Shown piece after piece: positions 17,118 to 25,111 of a stretch of DNA of 32,000 nt. A program made the position numbers and the translations under genes. Each line of letters starts with the position of its first letter. The first letter of the stretch is position 1. The DNA is from an uncultured archaeon (lineage in GTDB: Archaea; Micrarchaeota; Micrarchaeia; Micrarchaeales; CABMGC01). Under the pieces are notes generated by a model, which was not told where the DNA came from, did no database searches, and worked only from the letters and a program-made list of their open reading frames with translations. The stretch lies in contig OY969902.1 in NCBI GenBank assembly GCA_963704435.1, positions 360,001-392,000 on the forward strand. Direction: 5' to 3'.

Positions 17118-17373
17118 GTTCAGACTAGAGCTTGATGAGGAGAGGAAAAGATGGGCCGACGTTGAATTGAGCCTCAAAAATGAGGAGCTTGGAGTCAGGC
17201 TTAGGGCGCAGAAAGTGACCACCATAAAGGTCCATGAAGTCACGAGGGAGATGATAGAAACTCGCAAGCTTTATCCCACTGAGACCTGTGAGGCGGTCAT
17301 CTGTCGCTTATTGAGCGGTTCCTCTTCCGCTACTCATACTTTGGAGAAGCTTAAAACAAGAGTGGGTGTTTAA
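17101..17373 (+). CDS. Small putative antitoxin partner of the Doc-like gene
   Basis: Overlaps the Doc 3' end by 17 nt. The segment TTIKVHEVTREMIETRKLYPTETCEAVICRLL resembles RHH/VapB-like archaeal antitoxins. Confidence 0.5.
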   Translation: MENLNEFRLELDEERKRWADVELSLKNEELGVRLRAQKVTTIKVHEVTREMIETRKLYPTETCEAVICRLLSGSSSATHTLEKLKTRVGV

Positions 17374-17407
17374 CCCTGACATGTCCACCCTCTCAGGGAA
17401 CCGTTGA

Positions 17408-18022
17408 TTATTCGTATCTCGGTCTGGTGTAGACCGGCCTCGTGAGTATGTAGAACCTGCTCTCGCCCTTGAGCTCGGCTATGACCCTGTCCGTCAGCAG
17501 CTTCGCCGGGTCCTGCAGGAGCGGCACCCTCTTCGAGATGTCATCGAAGCTCTCGAACTTCGCCTCCTCCCTCGCCTTGATTATGGACATCAGGTGCTTC
17601 TTCCCGACGCCCGGAAGCAGCTCGAGCGCGTGCATCCTTATGTTGAGCGGGGACGCGTTGTTGAAGAAGTCGATGTACTTCTTCTCGTCGCGCTTGATTA
17701 TGTCGTATATCGCCTTGGGCAGCTCGCCCTTGGCCACCTCCGTAAGGTCCGCGTAGCCTATCCTCGACTTGATCAGCGAGACCTTGTCGCGGTCTCCCTT
17801 CCCCAGGTAGACGAGCTCGCCTATCTTCACGTCCGTCGACTTGGGCACCGCCTCCAGCAGCGTGAACCTGCTCTCGCCCAGCAGCTGCACCAGCGGCTCA
17901 GGGTTCGGCGAATAGGACTTCCCGGTGGGAAGGTAGTCGAGCACTACGGCGTGCTCCTCGAAGCTTTCATGAGCCTGCTCTTGCTGCATCCACATCCCCC
18001 ATTGCCCCCCGACGGCGTTCAC
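17408..18022 (-). CDS. DUF655 family protein (helix-hairpin-helix containing)
   Basis: HAVVLDYLPTGKS, FTLLEAVPK, VYLGKGDRDKVSLIKSRIGYADLT, HALELLPGVGKKHLMSIIKAREEAKFESFDDISKRV. Confidence 0.85.
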   Translation of the reverse strand: MNAVGGQWGMWMQQEQAHESFEEHAVVLDYLPTGKSYSPNPEPLVQLLGESRFTLLEAVPKSTDVKIGELVYLGKGDRDKVSLIKSRIGYADLTEVAKGELPKAIYDIIKRDEKKYIDFFNNASPLNIRMHALELLPGVGKKHLMSIIKAREEAKFESFDDISKRVPLLQDPAKLLTDRVIAELKGESRFYILTRPVYTRPRYE

Positions 18023-18390
18023 TTACCCCTGTTGGCGTCGATGATCTCCATCATGGCCTTGATGTCGGCCTCCTCGAACGACTTCTTCTCCCTGACCAGT
18101 ATGTGCTTGAGCTGCGCGATGTCTATGGGCATTATGTCGGTCATCTTCACGGCCGTGTGCTCGCTGACGCCGATCGCCATGAGCGCGGTCCTGGCCTTCT
18201 TCGCGGCCTCTGAGCCTATGGCGGAGAACTTCTTGATGTGGTCGTAGGCGAGCTTCTGCTCGTAGCCGAGCTCCTCGTCCTTCTGCCTCTCCTCGAGTAT
18301 GTCGAGCGCATCGGTGAACGGCACAGGGCTCTTTCCCGACGCCGACTTTCCAATCATATCTGCACCGATTGAACTTAGCTTTAAAGCCAT
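18019..18390 (-). CDS. rpo4: DNA-directed RNA polymerase subunit Rpo4/RpoF
   Basis: Rpb4-like sequence (ALDILEERQKDEELGYEQKLAYDHIKKFSAI...VSEHTAVKMTDIMPIDIAQLKHIL), ATGA overlap with DUF655. Confidence 0.82.
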   Translation of the reverse strand: MALKLSSIGADMIGKSASGKSPVPFTDALDILEERQKDEELGYEQKLAYDHIKKFSAIGSEAAKKARTALMAIGVSEHTAVKMTDIMPIDIAQLKHILVREKKSFEEADIKAMMEIIDANRGK

Positions 18391-18448
18391 TTAAAGCTTT
18401 TGCACGGCATGCCTGCCGAGTGGAATGATGCACGGCAAGCTTGCAGGG

Positions 18449-19390
18449 TCATGCCTTCGCGAGGAATTCCTTGACCTGCTTGTAATACTGCTTCAGGGCA
18501 AACTCCACCGGGGCCTTGACGTGGTCCTTCTCGACCGAATCAATGAGCGCTTCGAAATACTTCTCCTTCTCCAGGGATATGTTCAAGAGAGGGAAACCCT
18601 CGTCAAGCAGGGTCTTATTGAATATTAGCCTGCAGATCCTCTTGTTTCCATCAAGAAAAGGATGGATCTTGTACAGTTTGTAGTGCGCAATTGTGGCTTT
18701 TTCTATAGGATTTAAGCGGCTACGGCCATACCAGTCGATAAACTCGTCAAGCAGTTTACCCACCTTATCAGAGCCGGGAGGGCGATAGTTCAACTCAACG
18801 CTCACCTGCCCCTCCCCCGCCATCCTATGCAAGTACACTTGCCTATCCCTGATCCGTCCGGGATTCTTGGTCTCGAAGCTGGCCATGGTTATCTTATGCA
18901 GCCCGAGCAGGTACCTCATATCAAGCTTACGGGGCTGCCTTATCAATTCCACGGCATTGAGCATGTTCCTGCTTATCTGCTCTTTTTGGTTGAGATAGGA
19001 ACCCTTTTCCAAAGCGTTCTTCACGTCCGCCAGGCTAACGTCCACATCTTCCGTCGTGAGGGTCGTCAACGTGAACAAAACGGTGCTGTCGATGTCGAAG
19101 TTGCGCCTCTTCAGGTTAGTCAATTTCCCGTATTTCCTGTTGAACAGGTCCCGAAACAGCAGGGACCTTATGACCTCGCCATTCTCAATCAATTCCGCGG
19201 CATACTTTTTGCCCGAGAGCCTTACGACAATCTCTTCCTTGAAGCCGTTTTCGATCTTGACTAATTCCTTTTCAGTAGGCTTTCTGACCCCTATGTATTT
19301 GCTGAAACTCCTTGACTTGTCAATCAAGAAATAGCTAAGAAAGGAGTAGTAGTAATCATTTCCTCTGATCTTCTTTACGACGAGCGTCAT
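18449..19390 (-). CDS. Fic domain protein
   Basis: KLYKIHPFLDGNKRICRLIFNKTLLDEG Fic core, NPGRIRDRQVYLHR flap-like segment. Confidence 0.85.
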   Translation of the reverse strand: MTLVVKKIRGNDYYYSFLSYFLIDKSRSFSKYIGVRKPTEKELVKIENGFKEEIVVRLSGKKYAAELIENGEVIRSLLFRDLFNRKYGKLTNLKRRNFDIDSTVLFTLTTLTTEDVDVSLADVKNALEKGSYLNQKEQISRNMLNAVELIRQPRKLDMRYLLGLHKITMASFETKNPGRIRDRQVYLHRMAGEGQVSVELNYRPPGSDKVGKLLDEFIDWYGRSRLNPIEKATIAHYKLYKIHPFLDGNKRICRLIFNKTLLDEGFPLLNISLEKEKYFEALIDSVEKDHVKAPVEFALKQYYKQVKEFLAKA

Positions 19391-19396
19391 GAATTA

Positions 19397-19482
19397 GTTA
19401 GGTAGATAAAACTATTTAAATCCATCTACCTAACCTCTGAATCAAATTAGGTAGATAGGATATATGAAAGTAATCTACCTAA
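19397..19482. promoter_or_regulatory. Two tandem inverted-repeat operator candidates based on TTAGGTAGAT / ATCTACCTAA, each with a 16-nt spacer
   Basis: GTTAGGTAGAT 19397-19407 with ATCTACCTAAC 19424-19434; TTAGGTAGAT 19447-19456 with ATCTACCTAA 19473-19482. Confidence 0.85.
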
Positions 19483-19531
19483 CTGCAAAGGCGGTTGCGA
19501 TATAGTAACTGAAGGTTGTAATCGGCGTCAG

Positions 19532-20491
19532 GTGAAGGATTATAAGTCTGCGCATCATAAAGCAGGCAATCCAGGTGAGCACTTGAACGCTAGCGACTCC
19601 TACAAGCAGGTCCTTTCTGAGATGAAGAAGCACATCTCAGGGAAGGAGGAGACCATCGAGCTGATGTTCGTCGCGATACTCGCGAACGGCCACGCGCTGC
19701 TTGAGGGCGTGCCTGGAGTCGCGAAGACCACCATGACCAAGGCGCTGGCGAGCACCATCCAGGCGGATTTCAAGAGGATACAGGGCACGCCTGACCTAGG
19801 CCCGCGGGACATAGTCGGCTACACCTACGTGGACACGGACAACAGCGTCAAGTTCAGCAAGGGGCCTGTGTTCACCAACATACTGCTCGTCGACGAGCTG
19901 AACAGGGCCCCGCCCAAGACGATGAGCGCGCTGCTCGAGACCCTGGAGGAGAGGCAGGTCACTGCCGGGGGATCGGACATGAAGCTCCCGATGCCGTTCA
20001 TAACGTTCGCGACGCAGAACCCGCTGAGGATAGAGGGCACCGAGCAGATACCAAAGGTGCTGGCGGACAGGTTCATAATCAAGATAGACGTGGACTACCC
20101 GAGCATGAGGGAGGAGGAGGACATGCTCAGGATAAAGGAGAAGGAGGAGAACGTAGAGGTCAAGAAGATAATAGACACCAAGGCCATACTCGAGATGCAG
20201 GAGCAGGTCAAGGGAGTGGAGCTGCCGGACGACGTCGCGCAGTACATAACGAAGATAGTGGACGCCACGAGGAAGGACATGCACGCGGTCATGGGGGCGA
20301 GCCCCAGGGCGGACATAGCCTTCATGTGGTGCGGCAAGGCGAAGGCGCTCATCGAGGGCAGGTCCAGGGTCACCAGCGAGGACATAAAGTTCCTGGCGAG
20401 GCCGGTGCTGAGCCACAGGATAGCCGTCAGGGCGACCGGAGGCATAGGCGTGCACGGCATAATAGACGGGATAATAGCAACGCTCGGCTGA
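19532..20491 (+). CDS. MoxR-family AAA+ ATPase
   Basis: HALLEGVPGVAKTTMTKALAS (Walker A), NILLVDELNRAPPKTMSALLETLEERQVT (Walker B), FITFATQNPLRIEGTEQIPKVLADRF; GTG start. Confidence 0.9.
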   Translation: MKDYKSAHHKAGNPGEHLNASDSYKQVLSEMKKHISGKEETIELMFVAILANGHALLEGVPGVAKTTMTKALASTIQADFKRIQGTPDLGPRDIVGYTYVDTDNSVKFSKGPVFTNILLVDELNRAPPKTMSALLETLEERQVTAGGSDMKLPMPFITFATQNPLRIEGTEQIPKVLADRFIIKIDVDYPSMREEEDMLRIKEKEENVEVKKIIDTKAILEMQEQVKGVELPDDVAQYITKIVDATRKDMHAVMGASPRADIAFMWCGKAKALIEGRSRVTSEDIKFLARPVLSHRIAVRATGGIGVHGIIDGIIATLG

Positions 20492-20560
20492 GCCCCGAGC
20501 GCCTCGTTTTACAAAAAGGTATTTAAATGATGCTAGCATATGCTATACCAGGCCGGTTTT

Positions 20561-20929
20561 ATGAATTTTAGCAAACTCAGGTTGTTTGTTTACCTGCTGA
20601 CTACGGTCAGCATGTTCTCAATGGTACTCGGGCAGCCAGCGGTCACGGCGATATCGAGCACGCTCTGCGGGATAGTCGACGCCGTGAGGACCATAGTGGG
20701 CGCGCTGGCGCTGTGCCTGTTCCTGCTTGGCGGAGTCATGTACGCGGTATCGCACTTCCTTCCGACGAACCTCGAGTTCAAGAAGAGCCTCACGGCCTGG
20801 TCGACCGCGATGATAACAGGAGGCATAATCGGGCTGGTCATAGTCCTGATAGCGCAGCCTCTCATAACCACGATAACGGGATTGGGCAACTCGGTCAGCG
20901 GAACCACCCTCACCACAATCTCGTGCTGA
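20561..20929 (+). CDS. VirB2/TrbC-like small two-TM protein with signal sequence (ORF track start 20540)
   Basis: Signal-like KLRLFVYLLTTVSMFSMVLG, then LCGIVDAVRTIVGALALCLFLLGGVMYAVSHFLP..EFKKSLTAWSTAMITGGIIGLVIVLIAQPLI: two hydrophobic helices around a short polar loop. Confidence 0.6.
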   Translation: MNFSKLRLFVYLLTTVSMFSMVLGQPAVTAISSTLCGIVDAVRTIVGALALCLFLLGGVMYAVSHFLPTNLEFKKSLTAWSTAMITGGIIGLVIVLIAQPLITTITGLGNSVSGTTLTTISC

Positions 20930-21009
20930 GACGGCGCTGCCCGCCTTAAACTGGAACCCCTAGCCTGCGGTTCGCCAAGTGTTAAATTGCTTTGGCGTCA
21001 TGAGTAACC

Positions 21010-22920
21010 ATGCGGCTCGATAACGGCAAGGTCCTCTACGCCGAGCTATTCGTATTGCTGGTGATGCTTCTCGCGTATTGCGAGGGCACGTCCTTCATCA
21101 TCTTCCTGTCCGAGCAGATATCCATCGTCGGGCTCGCGTTCTATCTCCTGGCATTCGCCTACCTCATAGCATATGCCTATTGGAACTGCGCTGGCATGGG
21201 CGCACGCGGGACGAGCCACTGCTCCCTCGCGCTGCACGCCATGTTCATGGGGGCCGTTGCGGTCTTCCTGCTGCCCTTCGCGCTCGGAACTCAGATGTAC
21301 CCGGACATCCTGCTGAAGTCGGCCTACACATTCGAGTCGTTCGGCGTGTTCTTCGCCGTATTCATACCCCTCTTCTTCCTGACGTTCGTCGCCGCGTACC
21401 TGGCCAGGCAGAGGAAGGACTACAGGCACGCCCTGCTGCTGTTCATCGTGGCATTCCTAGTGCTGCTGATTCTCTTCTCCGCTAAGTTCCTGGTGAAGGG
21501 ATTCATCGCCGACGACGAGGAATTCCTAGCGGCGCAGAGCGTACATGCGATGCTCAGCGGCGCAAACCCATATGCAATGAACCTGGCTGGGCTAATCTAT
21601 GACAACTCCAGCGTGGTGGTCCCATCAATGACGGCCACTAACAGGATAATAGGGACGATGGTCTACCCTGCCCTGTTCTTCCTCACGTTCGTGCCCTTCT
21701 ACTTCGCTTCGCCGCTCACGCTGCAGAACATAGGCGGCATAGACCTACCCCTGCAAGCCGCGGTATTCGCGTTCGCGCTGCTTGCGGTCTTCGCATTCAC
21801 CGTGAACAAGGAGGACCTGTTCAAGCCGCGCGTCACGCTCCTCGCGCTGTTCGTCGTCGTGCTGGTGTACTACGTCTCATCCATAACGACGTACCTGATG
21901 CTCGCGCTGATGCTGCTAGCGTACGCGAAGATAGACTCGAAGTATGCGTGGATCCCGCTCGGGCTCTGCCTCTCGATACAGGAGGAGCTCTGGCTGCCCA
22001 TGCTATTCCTGCTCGTGTACTCATTGAACCGGCACGGCGCCAGGCGAGCGGCACTGAACGCGCTGGGCGCTGCGGCCGTGTTCCTTGCGTTCAACGCGTA
22101 TTTCATCGCGCTCGGGCCTGCGACATACGTCGGCGCGATATTCTCGCCCCTGAGCAAGATGCTTCTCCCTATAACCCCCTCTCCTATCGGCCTCCTGTTG
22201 ATGAGCGCCTTCCCGGTGCAGCTGCAGACATACTCGGCGGTGTTCGTGCTTGCCGCTGCGTTGCTGCTTCTTGTGTTCATGTACAGGAGCAGGAAGGAAC
22301 TGATACCGCTGTTCGGGTTCCTGCCGCTGCTTGTGCTTCCCCACCTGCTGCCGGCCTATTACATCCTCTTCCTCTTCTTCGCCCTATTCGCTGTGTGCAC
22401 TGCCGAAGGAAAACGCCGGAGCCTTGGCGTGGCCGAGGCATTCCTTCGCAAGAGGAAGCCGGTCCTTGCATGCGCGATTGTTATTGTTGTCGCCTGCACG
22501 GCGCTCGTACTCCTCTCTTCGCATGCGGCGTACGAAAGGAACTTCAACATATCATTGCAGGGCCAGAGCCTCTACCCACTTGCGGGCACGAACTCCACCG
22601 CCTACAACGCCAGCATAAGATATTCCGACCTTGAAAACGACACGGTCTATATGATGGTCATTGCGCATGCGGGCTTCTCCTCGGGGATCTTCGGCCTGCT
22701 GAACGATACGATCATAGTCCCTGCGCCTACGCCCGCGTGCGCAGCGTATGAGTGCTACGTCAACACGAACAGGATAGTGCTCTCGCAGAACGGGACGCAG
22801 GCCCTGGTGAGCGCCTTGCTGCCGCAGCTGAACGGTACCGACGTGGACTACGCGGACGTCGTCCTGTACAACGGCGAATACGTATACCTGGGGGCCAGCC
22901 TGCGCAGCGCGGGCAGGTAG
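21010..22920 (+). CDS. Polytopic membrane protein, GT-C glycosyltransferase-like
   Basis: 636 aa, many TM segments, AQSVHAMLSGANPYAMN motif position typical of GT-C enzymes, extracytoplasmic Asn/Thr-rich C-terminal domain. Confidence 0.5.
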   Translation: MRLDNGKVLYAELFVLLVMLLAYCEGTSFIIFLSEQISIVGLAFYLLAFAYLIAYAYWNCAGMGARGTSHCSLALHAMFMGAVAVFLLPFALGTQMYPDILLKSAYTFESFGVFFAVFIPLFFLTFVAAYLARQRKDYRHALLLFIVAFLVLLILFSAKFLVKGFIADDEEFLAAQSVHAMLSGANPYAMNLAGLIYDNSSVVVPSMTATNRIIGTMVYPALFFLTFVPFYFASPLTLQNIGGIDLPLQAAVFAFALLAVFAFTVNKEDLFKPRVTLLALFVVVLVYYVSSITTYLMLALMLLAYAKIDSKYAWIPLGLCLSIQEELWLPMLFLLVYSLNRHGARRAALNALGAAAVFLAFNAYFIALGPATYVGAIFSPLSKMLLPITPSPIGLLLMSAFPVQLQTYSAVFVLAAALLLLVFMYRSRKELIPLFGFLPLLVLPHLLPAYYILFLFFALFAVCTAEGKRRSLGVAEAFLRKRKPVLACAIVIVVACTALVLLSSHAAYERNFNISLQGQSLYPLAGTNSTAYNASIRYSDLENDTVYMMVIAHAGFSSGIFGLLNDTIIVPAPTPACAAYECYVNTNRIVLSQNGTQALVSALLPQLNGTDVDYADVVLYNGEYVYLGASLRSAGR

Positions 22921-22969
22921 CGGCTCCTTTAAGAGTATTTTTTAATGTTGCGTGCATTGTATAGAAAAC

Positions 22970-23710
22970 ATGAGGAACGTCAACATCCTTACAGACACGT
23001 GGGAAACGTACGTGGACAACATAAAGCTCGTCCTGCTCTTCTCGATACCCTTCTTCATATCGCTCGTCATACCGCTGTTCGTGAGCCTCCCGACCTACAT
23101 ATCCGGCGGGGGCATATTCCTCAGGAGCGCCAGCGTGTTCCTTAACCTCAACCCCGTCGCAGTTGGGGTCATAATCGTCTCGATGTTCCTGTCCCTGCTC
23201 TTCCTGAGCTTCGCGCTGGTCGCGATAGCGCTGATAGTCAGGGCGAAGAGGACCCACACCCGGCACGCCGGGAACGTCATAAGGGACATAGAGAAGTACA
23301 CGGGCAGGGTCTTCGTGATGCTGCTGGCGGCCGCGGGCGCGCTCACCGTGGTCGACATACTGAGCTACTTCATCGGCCTGCAGGGCATAGCGACCCCGAT
23401 AGCCGGGTTCGTGATCTTCACGGTGCTGTTCTACGCGCCGACCGCGATAGTCGTTGAGAACAAGAGGATAGGCCCCGCGATAGTGCAGAGCGCGCGGCTT
23501 GTCGCCAAGGAGCCCGGATACTACATCGCGTGGCTTGTGCTCGTCGTGCTGGTGCTCTCCGTGCTGGACGTGGTGCTTATGGCGCTGCCGTACGGCACCT
23601 TCCTGTCGAGGTACGGCCTGCTGGTCGTGAACTCGGTCTTCATACTCCCCTACTTCGTCATCTACCAGGCGGAGGCGTACATGAGGAGATTCCCTCTGCT
23701 GAAGCACTGA
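22970..23710 (+). CDS. Multi-pass membrane protein of unknown function
   Basis: About 6 TM segments; IVVENKRIGPAIVQSARLVAKEPGYYIAWLVLVV resembles the membrane domain found in GlpQ-associated/DUF7847-like proteins. Confidence 0.55.
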   Translation: MRNVNILTDTWETYVDNIKLVLLFSIPFFISLVIPLFVSLPTYISGGGIFLRSASVFLNLNPVAVGVIIVSMFLSLLFLSFALVAIALIVRAKRTHTRHAGNVIRDIEKYTGRVFVMLLAAAGALTVVDILSYFIGLQGIATPIAGFVIFTVLFYAPTAIVVENKRIGPAIVQSARLVAKEPGYYIAWLVLVVLVLSVLDVVLMALPYGTFLSRYGLLVVNSVFILPYFVIYQAEAYMRRFPLLKH

Positions 23711-23750
23711 ACGCTATTTATAGCTTGTCTTAGCAAAGTAAGAAGAGATC

Positions 23751-25103
23751 ATGAAGCGATGCTTCCTCGGCCTGCTGGCGCTTATTCTAGTTCTTGCAGT
23801 AGCGGCAAACGCCGCCTCTGCCGCATCGACGCCCTCCCAGACGTGCAGCGCACCTACTCTGCCTTCAACGGGCGCCACGGTAGACACAAGCCAATGCTAC
23901 CTGCCTGGCGCGCTGTCCGGAACTCCCGTCTGCTCCGCGGGCTGCTCGCTGGCCGTCTCCGCGTGCCCGCTGGGATCCCTTGGGAGCATATATTCCTGCG
24001 TATCGTCTTCGGAAGCCGCCTGCTCCGCTGCGCAGGCGATCGCTACTCCAACCAATGCGATAGCGATTTCGCTCCTCGCGCTCACGGTATCGTTCGACGT
24101 CGTCGCCGTCGCGTACATGCTGTCGAAGATATTCCCGCACACCGGGATAAAGGAATGGATAAGCAAGGAGTACTGGGAGATAACGAAGTCCGCGATGCTG
24201 ATAATCTCGATCTACGCGATAATCTCTATACTGGGCAACATCGCCCTCTTGGTCGCGGGCAGCTCGATCCCTGCCCCCGGCACCGGACTGACGACATGCA
24301 ATTCTGGCACATGCGGGCTGGTCGCTGGGGCGTGCGCATACCTTTCAACGGAGAACACTTACTTAGAAGGTACGTTCAGCTATCTCATAGGTCTAAGTGA
24401 GGGAATCGGAGCACTGCAGTCCGTTAAAGTAACGGCATTTTTCCCAATTGAAGCAATTTATGTGGTCTTCAAGTCGGGATTCACGGTTCCAGTGTATACG
24501 AACAACATGCTCGGGACGAGCGTGCCGGGCATAGCGGAATCGCAGTCGCTGATCAACGACGTATTCAACATACTGGCCTTTCCGCTGGCGTTCATCATCG
24601 GCGCGCAGCTGGCCGTGCTTCCGGTGCTGTTCGTGCTCGGGCTTGCGTTCCTGATACCCTTGGGCCTCATACTCCGCGCCTTCCCGTTCGTGAGGGGCAT
24701 CGGCGGGACGTTCATAGCCGTAGGCATAGGCGTAGCGCTCATTTACCCCGCGCTGCTGGTGCTGCTCAACGCGCCGATCACCTCCGCGCTGCAGGGCACG
24801 GCGTTGGCCGCTCCTCCGCAGTCCCCTCAGGTAGGAAATGGAATAATAGCCACGCTCGCTGGGATAGTCTTTTCCATAATGGGAGGATCTGCGTCCGCAG
24901 GCATAGGGACTGCGCTGGACAGCATAAACACGATATACCCTGCGATTAACGGAATACTCTACTACAGCACGTACCTCATGCTCCAGTTGTTCCTGTTCAT
25001 ACTCGACATCACGATAGCGTTCCCGCTTGTCGATAACATCGCAAGAATGCTCGGCAGTTCGGGAATAAGGCTCTCGATAGCAGGCAAGATAAAGCTCGTG
25101 TAG
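23751..25103 (+). CDS. Tandem membrane family member 1
   Basis: Signal peptide; Cys-containing loop; motif GLILRAFPFVRGIGGTFIAVGIGVALIYP; TATA-like ctatttatagc just upstream. Confidence 0.75.
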   Translation: MKRCFLGLLALILVLAVAANAASAASTPSQTCSAPTLPSTGATVDTSQCYLPGALSGTPVCSAGCSLAVSACPLGSLGSIYSCVSSSEAACSAAQAIATPTNAIAISLLALTVSFDVVAVAYMLSKIFPHTGIKEWISKEYWEITKSAMLIISIYAIISILGNIALLVAGSSIPAPGTGLTTCNSGTCGLVAGACAYLSTENTYLEGTFSYLIGLSEGIGALQSVKVTAFFPIEAIYVVFKSGFTVPVYTNNMLGTSVPGIAESQSLINDVFNILAFPLAFIIGAQLAVLPVLFVLGLAFLIPLGLILRAFPFVRGIGGTFIAVGIGVALIYPALLVLLNAPITSALQGTALAAPPQSPQVGNGIIATLAGIVFSIMGGSASAGIGTALDSINTIYPAINGILYYSTYLMLQLFLFILDITIAFPLVDNIARMLGSSGIRLSIAGKIKLV

Positions 25104-25111
25104 GTGCTAGC

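Noticed and set aside
17594-18247. 217-aa plus-strand ORF over DUF655/rpo4
   Set aside because: Antisense to two recognisable conserved genes.
19397-19482. Short CRISPR-like array (four occurrences of the TTAGGTAGAT motif)
   Set aside because: Units are 10-11 nt in alternating orientation with 12-16 nt gaps; this is operator architecture, not CRISPR.
22752-23733. ORFs such as 22760-23707 (-) and 23530-23733 (+)
   Set aside because: Shadow ORFs in alternative frames of clearly membrane-type sense genes.
23759-24400. 213-aa ORF overlapping member 1 of the membrane family
   Set aside because: The 450-aa frame has a signal peptide, TM segments and the family motif; the alternative frame is low-complexity basic.
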